A stretch of DNA of 64,000 nucleotides, taken from contig NC_088858.1 in NCBI RefSeq assembly GCF_963853765.1, positions 34,286,001-34,350,000 of the forward strand, given 5' to 3'. A program made the translations under genes and the position numbers. Under the pieces are notes generated by a model that searched no databases, had not been told where the DNA came from, and was given only the letters and a program-made list of their open reading frames with translations. Source of the DNA: Magallana gigas (lineage: Eukaryota). Shown in pieces: positions 37,675-50,847 of this stretch (position 1 is the first letter of the stretch; each line of letters begins with the position of its first letter).

Positions 37675-40600
37675 TTATTTATAAATGAATTCACAGTACG
37701 GAATTGAACAGTAATCCCATCGTTGGTTCGGGTCTGTTGTATAGCACCACGGCCAAAGCTCCCTGGTAGGATTTCTACAGTAGTTTTCCTGGACATAAAA
37801 AAATTAAGCTATGCATGTGTAAATAAATTAAATTGTGGAAATCAAACTAGCAATTCGTTCGTGATAAACCTGCAGTCAATGTATTATTTTAAAAAAAAAG
37901 ATGACGTTTTGAAATAATCTCAAATTTCGTTTTTCAGTTGATCAACGAATTTTAAAAATGTTCATTGAAGTGCAGCACCCAATATACATTGTATTTTTAG
38001 GATCATTGACCACAAATTACCGTGTATACTAGAAATTGTGATTTTCAATATACTCACATAATTGATTCCCATAAATATTACTGAAACCATACAAAATCTT
38101 ATATAATTTTCAAGGTAAATCTAACAAGTGTTGTTAACTTGTTGGCCATCCAGCCTACGTAGAGCCAAACTCAAATATTGTAATAAACAATGGTAATTAA
38201 CCGATTGACTTGAATTATTGAACAACTGATATATTTGTAGATGTAGATGATATCCATAGTTTCGACACACTCCATGAATTTAAATTGAACAGGGACTTTT
38301 AATTAGTGCCAGATCAACCACTTGTCAATCGACTCAATCAAGCCATTGGTACTTTCCTTTGAACAATATTTATTACTCTATTATCATGATTGATTTTCAA
38401 AATGTAAACATTAAGCCTGCAATTACCATACAGTGTTTACCAATTGAAACACTTTTTGTTTTCTTTGACAAGTTCAATATCAAACCTCATGATCATGAAC
38501 ACCTACGTATAAATAAATCAACGTAAATTACTGAGCCTAGAATAAAATCTAAACACTTTTTTAAATACTTTTAACCAGAAGTTACTGATATACAATGAAA
38601 GCCCATGAGCTGATACACTACAGTCTGAAACTACGGATCGGCGTATGATTAAAAGATCTCAGTAGAATATGCTATCTTACATAACAATATAAAGACAAAA
38701 ATATTTTCATTAGAATTTGTTTAAAAGAAGGGGTATCTTGTTATGAAAACTTTCTGGTAGAAATGTAGTAACGGACCTTGATGCAAGGATCGAATCATTT
38801 ATTCATTAACAATACCAGTAATTGGTTCATAAAAAAACAAATTCGAGCATTTAACAGGTATTTCATCCATGTATAAGTAATACAGTGTTTAAAAGCAACA
38901 TGTAGACCATACCGGATTGTTTGGGTAGGAGTGGCTTTGCGGTGTCTGTGAATCCCAGCGCTGACACGTTGTACCGGATGTTGTCATGTTTTTGCGCCCC
39001 AAGTATTTTTTTCCAAAAGGATCGGTCAACTCTATGCATTCTAGTACTACAATGAAATATGTGCACAAACACTTTCATGTAATTATATGCATACTACAAT
39101 GAGATACAATGTATGTGTACAAAATCACTTAATTACTTCTCTTTAACTTTTTTGGGTAAAAACTACGTTAGAAAACGCTTTCTTTATTTAAACTATTTTT
39201 AACATACACAAAGTTTATTTCTGAAAATTATTTGAAATTCGACTGCATGGTTAAGATGTTATCATGTTTCAAATTAAACACAGTATCCCTAATGAAATCA
39301 AGCAACGCCATTTCAATGAAATCTATGGTAACATGCACATCTTTGTCGGTTTACGCATTTCAAAACTATGCTGCTATCTTTTAAACAAAACAAACGAATT
39401 TAATTTTTCTCAACCCAATAAGAGAAGAGATAATTTAGAATAAATTCATAAAAATAATCAATATTTGTACCTGCTATGAAAAAAAAAATCAATAAAAAAT
39501 ATTTTTTACGCTAAAACATTACTGGCGTGCGACCAGTTCTCGCCGAGTACCATTTCTCGCCAGTACATTGTGACGTCATTTTTCGTCTATAATTTTATGT
39601 GTTGATAAAATGACGTCACAATGTACTGGCGAGAAATGGTACTCGGCGAGAACTGGTCGCACGCCAGTAAACTTTTTGTTTTATAACGAATATGCTTATT
39701 TTGAATTTACGCTTATGGGGAAGTGATTTTCATTCCCCGTGACTTTATTATTGAATACATGTTATAAATTTTAAATAGAACAGTTCCAACGGACACTCAT
39801 AATTCACAAAACGTGCCCATATTTGTCACGTCGTTAAATTTTTTGCACTCGATAATCAAATTTTTAAATACTAGCATATTTTATTTTATGTCATAAATCT
39901 AAATGGTGGCGTTACCTCTCGAACAACGGGAAAATCGTCGAAAATATAAAATTATAATGAAGATCCAAAAAAATGCTAATGCTAGTTTGTTAATTGTGTT
40001 CAATTTCATTAATAGGATAAAAGAAATCTGTAAATACATGGTATTTTACAAGAATGCACAAAGACACGCGCAATGTAACCAAATCTACATATATCTGGAA
40101 AAGAAGAAATGTAATTGGTGATAATTCTGTCTAAGTTCACTCCTTTCCCCAAGAAAAAAATTAAGAATAGATAAACCTTGGCATCTCGGAGTTTCCCACT
40201 GTCCGTTCGCAAGACACGTTACATTCTGTTTGCCCATTGCAACTGTTCCTGGGGGACAGGTGAAGTTCCTGCTTTCTCCAACGTTACCCCATGTTTTGTC
40301 TGCGGTCACCATGAAAACAGCTGGATATATGATATCGGTACTGTATTCGATGTAAGGTGGAGGTACCTCCTCAACACATCCTGTTGATATTCATATACAA
40401 TGTAAACTTGCAAACTTATGATTCATTGTTCCACTACATTGCGGCATTTTTTAGCAGTTTAAGCCAACAATGCGTGATTTTAAATTCAGTTAATGTGTGA
40501 TTTAAACAAATAATACATGTAGCTTGTGTATATCAATTTTCATAATTCCGAATTTTAAAATATCAGAATAACAACTTTTATATGTCGTAAAAAACAATTT

Positions 40601-42431
40601 TAACTCGTCATAATGACGTTTTATTTTTTTTTTGCTATTTTCACTCTGACTTAATATACCATATAGTACTACTAAAGAAATTCTTTGGATGATTAAAATT
40701 CAGCTCTAAATAGTACACATTTTGGATTGAATAAGAATGAGGTATATCACAGTGTGTTTTTGCTTGAAAATAGATAGTCAGTAAAAAAAACACACCGTGC
40801 GGTTATTTAAAAGTATCCATTGCGATATAATGTACCTGATCACAAAAAACTACATGCATTGATACTACATGTATTACAATAGATACTCAGTAAAAACCAC
40901 ACGAGAACAGTAATTCATCTTACGTGATATGACGCAGGTACCCTCATGAGCTGAACGTGAAACACGCATTTGACCTTTGGGGCACGCTAAATTCTTCAGT
41001 TCTCCTTGGGGCTGGGCGATATCCTATAATGAGATACGAAAATTTTTGAAAAGGAGAAATTTTACATTTGCTAGTATAAGATGTGATGACATTTTCTTGG
41101 ACAACTATTAAACAACATAGAGTGAAATATCAGTTACAGCTAATATGAATTGGAGCATAATCCACAAACTGCCCATCAAAATGAATAAAAACTAAAACTT
41201 TAAACAACAAGAGGTTCCCATTTAAAATAGATATTAACTACGAGTTCGTTTTTTTAAACTTAAAAAAAGTAATTTAAAAATGCGTGTACTTTCTGTCACA
41301 CAGAGGTGGAAACTTATACTACAAATACTTGGGGAATTATTACATAATTAATTATCATTAAGAATGATAATAATAATTGTGTTCAGGTATAATTAGAAAA
41401 TTTATATCATTGCATGGAGAATAACAAAAGTTTTAAATTACGTTTACCAAAGAGACTTTTATCTTGTGTACTATTTAAAAAAAAACATCCATTTTCTAAA
41501 TATTCTTTTACTTTCGTTTAAGACAAACTTTATTTTCAAAAACAAAACTTGATATAGCAATAGTTCTGCCTATAACTTTCACATGACTTAAACAATTGGC
41601 AGAAAGATTTTTCGTACATTTTTTAAAATTAAAATAATGAAGTAAAAGCTATTGCAAAACAAAAGGAAATTATTTTTTGACACATTATTTCAGTTTCAAT
41701 CTCAAAGCCTCTTATTAGCTCATCCTATGCATTAAGAATAACAGAAGTTTATAAACCATATTTCATTACCTCTGAAGATGTTAGTTGCAATAAGACATTT
41801 TGTTCAAATTTGACTTCAGATATTGTAATATTTTCTGATAAAATTGTAAAATGTGACGAATTAACAGATAAAGCCAGATCTCTACGACCAAGGCTATTAC
41901 TATAGACTCGACTAATCACAATTATAATAACACATTATTAATATACTAAATAAAATTTTATTTGCTTAAACATTTCTGGCAACAACAGCAAAAACATGCA
42001 ATTTTCCTCATAAAATTCAAGATATAATAATATATTAATAAATATTTGTATAAATTGCTAATAGCTAACTACATTTAGACTATTTCAGATTTTTCTTTAT
42101 TAATCATTTAAACAGGTAGGAGAAATCTTTCTTTAAAGCTCACGTTTAGGAAAGATGCTCTGGAGATAAAGATGAAATCTTCCGTCTCTTCGGTATTTTC
42201 CGTGACTTTGACAGTTTCCGTCTCCTGTTGTGAGTTCAGCTCACACAACAGTCGATTTCTGCTGAAATTGACCGAGAGACAATCTCCATGACCGATACAC
42301 AACTTCAAACATTGCTTGTATCCTGTTGGACTCACATCTTTGAAATTAAAACCAATAAGCTTTCTTCCTGATTCCACTGAATTAATCACCGCATATAGTA
42401 AATACATAATTTGTAAACTAATTCCATACAT
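37675..42431 (-). CDS. Paralog B: secreted PAN/Apple-FOLN-like-Sushi-Kringle protein, 5 exons, ~279 aa
   Basis: Exons 42431-42144, 41023-40924, 40380-40177, 39046-38913 (alternative acceptor 6 nt further in), 37788-37675. GT-AG introns with the same phases as A; open through [37 protein letters not shown]. Confidence 0.88.
39522..39667. mobile_element. 146-bp MITE with ~62-bp perfect TIRs and TA TSD (Tc1/mariner-like) in intron 3 of B
   Basis: ta|ctggcgtgcgaccagttctcgccgag...ctcggcgagaactggtcgcacgccag|ta; empty site in A at ~10515 (aaaacattaaattttttg). Confidence 0.92.
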
Positions 42432-42499
42432 CTTAATCAATGAAAGTAAGAATGCACTCACATTTAGTTTCTTTCTTTATTATATACTTTATAAAGTCG

Positions 42500-42511
42500 T
42501 GCGCATGCGCA
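42500..42511. promoter_or_regulatory. NRF1/Ewg-type palindrome TGCGCATGCGCA upstream of paralog B
   Basis: Exact motif 69 bp upstream of the ATG, followed on the minus strand by a TATAAA-like element. Confidence 0.45.
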
Positions 42512-44411
42512 TGTTAGAGATTTTAGATGTGATTTTGATTAATTGTTCTTATCCTGATTGCACAGTTCTTAAAAGTGGGCGTGTTTGAATAGTAATCTGA
42601 ATTTTTAAAAAAAAATCTTTTTAAGCCCTCATTGGTTATAAAAGATTTCAATGTCCACCTAATGCATTTTATCGTTTACAAAAACATTCAATTTACAAAA
42701 GCTATTTCATTTTTTTAAAGTTATAAAGTTCAAAAGAATTTATTTTCTTATTTTTCATTTTTTTTTTTTTAATCTTTTCCCCATATCTATAGTTTTGACC
42801 ACATCAACCTCTATGGTTTTAGAACAGAACAGAACATTTATTCATAATTTAAAGTCCAGAACAGACAAGTATGAAACAATTGCAATTGCAAGATATGCCA
42901 ATGAATAGTATGACAATTATTAAAGTGTAAAAATTATGTGATTTCCATACATGGATCATTATGCCCTCGATTTACGCAAGAGCTATCATAGAATGCAGTT
43001 TTCCCAGTTTGATGATACACTAAATGATAATCTCTTTTATTGTTGATATATCTAACATTGAAAATTTTCTTTATCTGACATATACATGTACATATTTTCC
43101 AAAATTGTTATGATTGTAGGCACAGATTTTTTTTTTCGTTACTGTGATTAACTGAAAACAAATTGCTTTTGAAAAATTCATCATTATTGTTGTTTCTACT
43201 AATGACGAAAGTAAACATCTTTATTTCAAGTCTGTGTCATGTATAATTTCTTTTAATTAGTTTGTTGCATAATTCCTCTTTTTTATAATTTATCTGCTTT
43301 CACGATTTAAAGACTTTAAGACAGCGACTATATCATTATCGTGAATTTTCTTCTATTTCAAACACTAGCATAACCAATAAATCATCATACCCTCAATGAT
43401 CTTAAGTTTGCAGCTATCACAAGATAACAAAACACATCTACACATCTATTGATTTCAAAAATATAATTTAAAACAATGGATTATTAAAACCAAGAACAAA
43501 ATCTGTGACTAAGATTAGGACCTCTAATTCTCCATCAATCAATGAGATTTATGAGAAATAAATACTCCCTTCAAACATTACTTAGCAAGCATGCCAGAGC
43601 ATGTAGCGGAGAACTATATGTGAAGTATTGCATAGAAAAAAATTAGGGTGATAAATAACAATAGAACTAAGAAACCCACGCTTAAATGTGATGGAGCCCT
43701 GATTTTTTTAAAGACATTGCAACGCAGGTTTACTATCTATACATGAACATGTACATAAACGTACATCTAAAATTACAAAATTGTTGTTCTTTCTTTTTAG
43801 GCAAAAATCTTTTATTTTATTAATAAACGTTTTATGCAAGGATATTGTCTTTTTTACTCGTTTTTGCTAATGTAGGACCAATTTAGGAGAATCAGGATGT
43901 TGCAGTTTAGAGTTATTTGTGAAGCGAGTTTTTTTGCCTTTTTTTAACACCTCCTCATCATATTTTTTTTGCGGCCACTTTCTTATGATCTTGATTTTGG
44001 CAGTTGTGTACATGTATGCAGATCTGACAACACCTTACATACCTAAGACTGACATTTCCTATGCATTAAATAATTTCCATAGCATATACCTTCCTTGGAA
44101 TAGATGTAAAGTGAAAGTAAGGCAGTAAATATAATAGTTACATGTGAATAGCAAGAACATCTTTGCCTCACTGTGGTATTTTATCTATATATATATTGTT
44201 TTATGACAAAACAAAAGGTATTTAAAGATATTTAAATAATTTACTTATTTACATGACTTTTCAAGTAGAGAGGTTATAAATTGTCAAATTGAAAAGTTTG
44301 GCCTTCCTATGGATGGACATATTTTACCTAGTATATCTAATTGTGATTCAATGAATCTTTACTTATAAATTAAGACAAATTTGTATATAAACTAAAAAAA
44401 ATTCCCGAATT

Positions 44412-47400
44412 AGAGTAACTGCTTACACCTTTGGTATTTAAAAACGTGTGATATGATGTCCGATACAATTGAATTTCAGCTGAAAAATAATTATTCTAAA
44501 ATATCTAAATACCTACTTTCATAAAATAAGAGTAAGGTGGTGGACACGCTTTGTTGACTTCAAGTCAGTGGATAGTTTGCATCAGTTAAATATTCAGTCA
44601 ATGAAAAAAATATTGGATATTTACGTAAGTGGATATATTTAGATTACACTAAAAATTCAAATTTGACAAACGTTTAATAATGAAAATAAGACAATTTATC
44701 CATGGATGTGCGATTTTAGTCGATGTATAGAACACGACCTCTGGTACGAGAATTCCAAACTTGGGTAACCAAGAACACTGTCTGACTAATTAACGTCTTG
44801 GCGAAAATTGTTGGACGAGTTCATCATGCATCGGGGCAGATACCTTGTATTGGACATCTTTGGTTAATACATAAAATGGAACATTTTGGGTTCCAAGGAA
44901 AGCGGTTTGACTAATTAACACCATGGCAGAAAGTGTAGGACGAAGAATGCATATAAGTATGCATACAATAGCGTGTTTTAATTTCATAAATTTTCATACC
45001 ATGACAGATTGGTAGTAAACATTAATTATCATTGATTTGTAAACAATCAACAGATTGTGTTCTCTGTCTATATGAATAAATGATGTATTGATGTATGCAT
45101 AACACGGGAAAGATAATGGGGGGGGGGGGGCGCTCCCCCCTCTCCAATTGTTTTTTTTTCAAAACAGTCCTTTATCTGAAATTCTTATTTAGAACAGTAA
45201 TAAAAACAAAGCAATCTTTGACCTAAATAACAAACATATACAGCGCACTTAATGCCCATTCACTGGTTTGAAATAAAATCAACAAGTTTATTGGGGTTTT
45301 TTCCCAGTCTATGCAACCACTTACATATATATGTCACCCATTTCAGTTATGATTTTTCAACTCTCCCCGCTCCTCTAAATATCCAGCCATGCAGATTTTC
45401 AATTTTAATTTAAAGAATATGTTTAGAAAACAATAAAGAAACGTTTCGGACACTGTATGTACAAAAATAAATTTCGTTCAACATATTAAGCATTGAAGCA
45501 TATTAATGTGTGAGTATTAATTCCCGCGGGATATTATCTAGTGTCATTTGAATAAGCAAAAGTTACTATGTATTATTAGAAAATTTATATTTTTATGTAT
45601 ACATTATACGCATGTAATCTGAAGTTATCTCCTGAACTAGCCGAAAAACAAAAGTTGTATGAGAATTTATCGGCACCAGTTACTGGACAAGAACCATGTG
45701 GTATCGGAGTATTAAGATGTTCAAATTGACATAGAATTTGCCACAAAGCTGAAAGTAACTCTGGTAAAAAGAAAAACTTTGCCAAAATGAGAAATGTACT
45801 ACTTTAAATTTGGACAAGAGCGCCTCCATAACGGCTTTGGACAGGAAAAAAGACGGGTGGAAAAATAAGGCGGGGAGGGGTATGCAAAAATCCTATCAAA
45901 CAAATATAAATTTCTTTGCGTCAGTTATGTGCGAACATCTGAAGAAATCAAACCCCTCTTAATTCTTACGTAATTGTTCAGAAAAAGAAAAAAAACACTT
46001 AGGAAATGATTCTGAAGAAGGTGCATGTGTCATAGAAAGGTCCATCAACCAGGAAAACGAGTGGACGAATAATAATTCTGAGCTAACATCAGATTAACAA
46101 TTTGACACGAATAAAACACAACCCCTAATTGCTAAATTGGAAAATCCGTATTAAAATCCACCATTCCCTCCTCCCACTTTCAATAAAGTTTTATCCTTTC
46201 CCCTATCACTTAAATACGATTTGAATCTTCCTTTTCAGTTACCTTCTCCAGTCCAGGAAACCATTCATTTACCTCTTACACTTGTGCAGTCAGCAGTCAG
46301 TTGATCCAAATTTGTTTCGTCCAAACACCAACATGCACCATATCCTTTAATGAAGACAACTACAACCCATTAGAAAATAGCAAGCAACTGCATTTGGTTG
46401 CAAATGCGACACCAGTCCAGAATGTAGCTGAATCAGATGTTGACAATGGTGATACAAAGCAAGAAGATCCAGCTAAAAATGGTAAAAGTTACAAATGCAT
46501 CAACTTAATTGATTACAGTTCGATTAAATTAAATGTAATTCTACCAATGATAAATTAATTTATCTATAACATGCTAATTTAAGAGCCAACGTTTACATGT
46601 AAAGTAAACTTTAAAAATTAAAATTCTGATAGCCATGTTAATATTCATCAATAAAAGAAGATGCGTTTGCGTTACATTAATTTAAAAGCATAACAAATCT
46701 AATGTAGCCATTTTTCTACCTTCTGTAAAAGCATGATAAACAATTAGATAATCCAAAGGACGTAATTGAACTTCCTCAGCAAAAATAGACAAATATAACG
46801 ACATGAATTCCCCGTACTTTGTCTTAGAATGATTTATTCTAAAAGACTTGGATTTTAGCAGTCATCTAATCTTGTGCTAGGGTCTTCCGTATAAAATATT
46901 GTCCCTTGATGCTCGTCAGAATATCTACTCTGAGAAAAATTACGGACTGCACGAAATGTATGTAGATGATATCCCGCGCAAGCGCAGGAATTAACACTTA
47001 ACACATTTAAATGATACAATGCTTAATATATAACACCATATTTTTTCTTCAGTTTTGTATATTCTGTGTCCAAATTTATTTTTAATTCCTTTTAACATAT
47101 TCTTTAAAATTAAAATAAAAAACAGCATTTTTTGATATTGAGAGGAGCGGTCAGGGATGAAAAATAGAACCTAAAATAGATAATCTATCCATGTATGTGT
47201 TGCGGCTGACTGGAAAATATGGCAAACTTTTTTATTTGATTTCAAACCAGTAATTTGGTATATTTAGTGCGCCTTATTCGTTAATTTTGTTCTTGATAAC
47301 AGTAATAATAATTTCAGATAAAATACTGAAATAAATGCCCTTCCCCATTCAAATTCCTCGTTTTATGAATACATCATTTATAAATACACATGATACAGAC

Positions 47401-48150
47401 GGACAACATAAACTATGTTCATGGTTTACAAATTAATGTTTAAGGGTCACTTCCAATCTGTTGTGTTATAAAATGTATGAAATAAAATAAAAACCACTAG
47501 TGTATGCATATTTATTTGCATATTCTAAACCAGGGTTGTCAAATATAAATAAAGTATCTGCCCAATAGTTAACTCGCCCTTCCTTGTCTGCTATGACGCT
47601 CACGTCTAACCGCGTTCCTCGGCACGCGTTCTGAAAAAACTATTTCTGTCAAAACTAAAGTCGTATCAAATTAATCCAATTTATTTATTAATTTTTTTAA
47701 ACTATAGATTGCCGTTCCAATTTATCAGTCTGTGATACAAGACCAACTTCTCCTGTCAACCCGCGTCCTTGGTTACCTCGGTCTGGAAAGTTTCTCACCA
47801 GAGGTCGTGATTCGCAAGCGTCTATCCATCAAAACTAAAATGGCTCATTATTCAACATTTGTCAAATCTCTATTTAGACCCTAAATAAGTTCTTAGTAAA
47901 TATATTCATTCTTTAAGTAAGTATTAATTATTATTTCATTACAAGTATATTTTGATCGAGACTATCCCTGACTTGGATCCGCCAAAGCGTGTCCACCACC
48001 ACACTCTCATTTTTGCTATTTCGGGCTTGTTTATCGAAAATAAAAGTAAATTTTTAATTTATTTCTCAAAAATTATTTAACAGATGAAATTTAATTATAA
48101 CTTACGGACATTACACGTGTTGAATTACCAAGAGTATAAGCAGTTACTCT
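44412..48150. repeat. Pair of diverged ~1.1-kb inverted repeats around a ~1.4-kb core
   Basis: 44412 agagtaactgctta matches the reverse complement of 48150; 44537 gtggtggacacgcttt matches rc ~47990; 45485 tattaagcattg...ggatattatcta matches rc ~46960-47030. Exact ends uncertain. Confidence 0.7.
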
Positions 48151-49251
48151 GGTGCAGGCGTTTTGTAGTTTATTGGCGAAAAGTTTGAATTCATAAGTAT
48201 AGATGCCAGACTCAAATCTTAAACATGACGACAATTCTGTTGATACACGTAGCGTTTCTCGTTAAAAAAAACCCCCAAAATAAGTAGGTTATAATAATTA
48301 ATTGCAAAATCCTGAAAAAAGGTACATAAAGTACACCAATACCCAGACTCATTTGATGTAATGTCACACAGCTAAAAAAAAGCATCACCAGACAAACTCA
48401 AATTATATAATATTTTGATTTATTTTTAAACCTATATTACAAAACTGCAAATATGTTTAATGGTATTTAAGGAACTTAAGGTCAACAACTTACCTTTCAG
48501 AACCGCTTTAAGCTTTGACACAATATCTTTGGCCATAAACTATCATATTTTAAAATTTGAGCATTTTTCCTGTATTTTAAATACAAAGATTTTATCTAAA
48601 GGAGGAGAAATTGGCCTCAACATGACCAAGACCATCAGACCATCAAGCCCTCTTCAGTTCATAGGTTGTTTCAAGTTCTTGTTCCCCCTCCCCTCCCCCA
48701 TTTTTGACAGTTGTTAAGGGAATACACAAACTTGTCAAGAAGACCAACAAACCAACATTTTGTCTTCCCATAAATGTTTATCTAAAAATAAAATTATATT
48801 TTTGGATAAACATCTGTGGGAAGACAATTTACTGTATGACTTATACTTTTTATGAAAATATGAGTGATATATCAACTTAGAATAACAGGAAACAGGATTG
48901 TGTTCTCTATTATATCAACTGATTCAATGCGTTCAAAAATAATATTATCAACCAGCAAAAAACATTTGGTTGAAACTTATACATGTACCATTAAAACACA
49001 CATATAAATAATGACAAAACTCATTCTATGTTTACCAATTAATAATGTTAAACTATGTATCTTGCTTGCAACTCAGTATTTGAATTTCAATTCTGAGGAG
49101 GCATTAAAAATAGCAATATTTAATTAATATTAAAATTTTTTTATTCAAATTAACTGTAAAGTGTCTTTATGATACTTCAACAGATAAGATTCAGTGGATG
49201 GCGAGAATTAAGATACTAGTACGATGTTCCGTGATTTTGTCTGATGATTGA

Positions 49252-50798
49252 TTAACAATTAGGAATGTCACAGCTTTCCCATCTTACGCTGGGGTTGGTC
49301 GTGTAACACCATGGCTTAGGGTTGTCGTTTCTATTATTTCTACAGTAGTTCCCCTGAAAATAAAGAAATAAATTTACAGTCCAAATCGATGAAAACGTCA
49401 AAAATTAACAAATCGATTTGGAAATATTATAAAAGAAAATGATAAGAAATGTCTCCACATTATACACGCACGCTTATTAAAGCGGTTATTATGAATACCA
49501 TTGATCTTTTATTTTTGTTGTCAAATAACAAGATGAAATATTAAAGATGGAAATTTTAAAAGTTTTTTTTTATTTGGAGTTGTGGCAGATGGCTGATACT
49601 CAGTTGCTTCTTTTGGTTTTTTTTCGTTTTTTTGTTTTAATCCTTTTTTTCTTTTTATGGATAAAGAGTGGTTCTTTTCTAGAATACTGAAGAGTGTTTG
49701 CTTGGTGGAAACTTTAAAGTGTGCTTTTTTGAAAATTCCGCGCTAACTTTTTTGTGTACCCCCTCCCCTCACCAAGAAAAAAAAAGTGAAGTAAGTTAAT
49801 GAGACCGTTTTTTAATCAAGGCATGTTTTTACTTGAATTTTCTTAATTATTCTGTCTAAATAAAGCATTAACATTTGGTCGTCTCTCTGCACATTGATCA
49901 CACGATTTGGCATTATACTAATGTAACTTGTCTGTGTTTATTTTATTTTGTTTTATTTGAGAGTTTCTAGTGTTTTTTAAAACTTACTTTTAAAAGAATT
50001 TTTCTTACCTTTATACATGGGTATATCTTATATTCTAAGTATCATGAAAACGTGTATCTACAAGTCAAACTTACTGTGTATTCTGAGTAGCTGTGACCGT
50101 GCGGAGACTGCGAGCTCCAGCTCTGACAAGTTTTCCCGGTACTGGTTACGCTTTTGGTTCCCCAGTAACGTGCTCCGCTAGGATCTGACGCCTCGAGGCA
50201 TACTACAATGGGATATGCTCCAATTAAGACAGTTTAATTCTCAAACATCTTTTACATAAATGCAACAGCAATGGGAAAAAAAATAAAACACACCTTTAAA
50301 AATTATTGATTTTTGTACTCATTAGATAAACTAAAGGTTTGATTTACATTTTAGGTAATTTTAAATTGACAAGGTAGACTTTTCAGTGATATCATGTATA
50401 GTTATTTGAACCTTGGCATCTTGGTCGGGTTTCCCACTGACCATTTGCTAGACACTTTATAGTGGGAGAACCCATTACAACCGTCCTTGGGGGACAGGTG
50501 AAGTATACGTTTTCTCCAACGTTACCCCCTTTTCTATTGCCAGTAAAGGCGGACAGATCTACTTGTAACTCGGCGCTGGATCCGATGTACGGTTGTGGCA
50601 TTGGTTGGATACAGCCTGTTATTGGGGATATCAATAGTTATATTTAGAACTTCCGTTGAATAAGAACAGTAACTCTAAAAAACAATAATGTCACAAGCCG
50701 AATAATTCTTTCCTGCAAATGCAGTGTCTTTCGAGGACCTGTCTCCATATACAGTTTTTTTCATTATTCATTTATTATTTATTTCATAATTCAGCATT

Positions 50799-50847
<49 letters not shown>

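Larger units (their letters stand above)
15185..43060. repeat. Tandem segmental duplication, copy 2 (contains paralog B), expanded by insertions
   Basis: Same anchors as copy 1; extra blocks at ~16343-17860, 19012-19282, 19875-28000 and 30430-36720. Confidence 0.85.
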
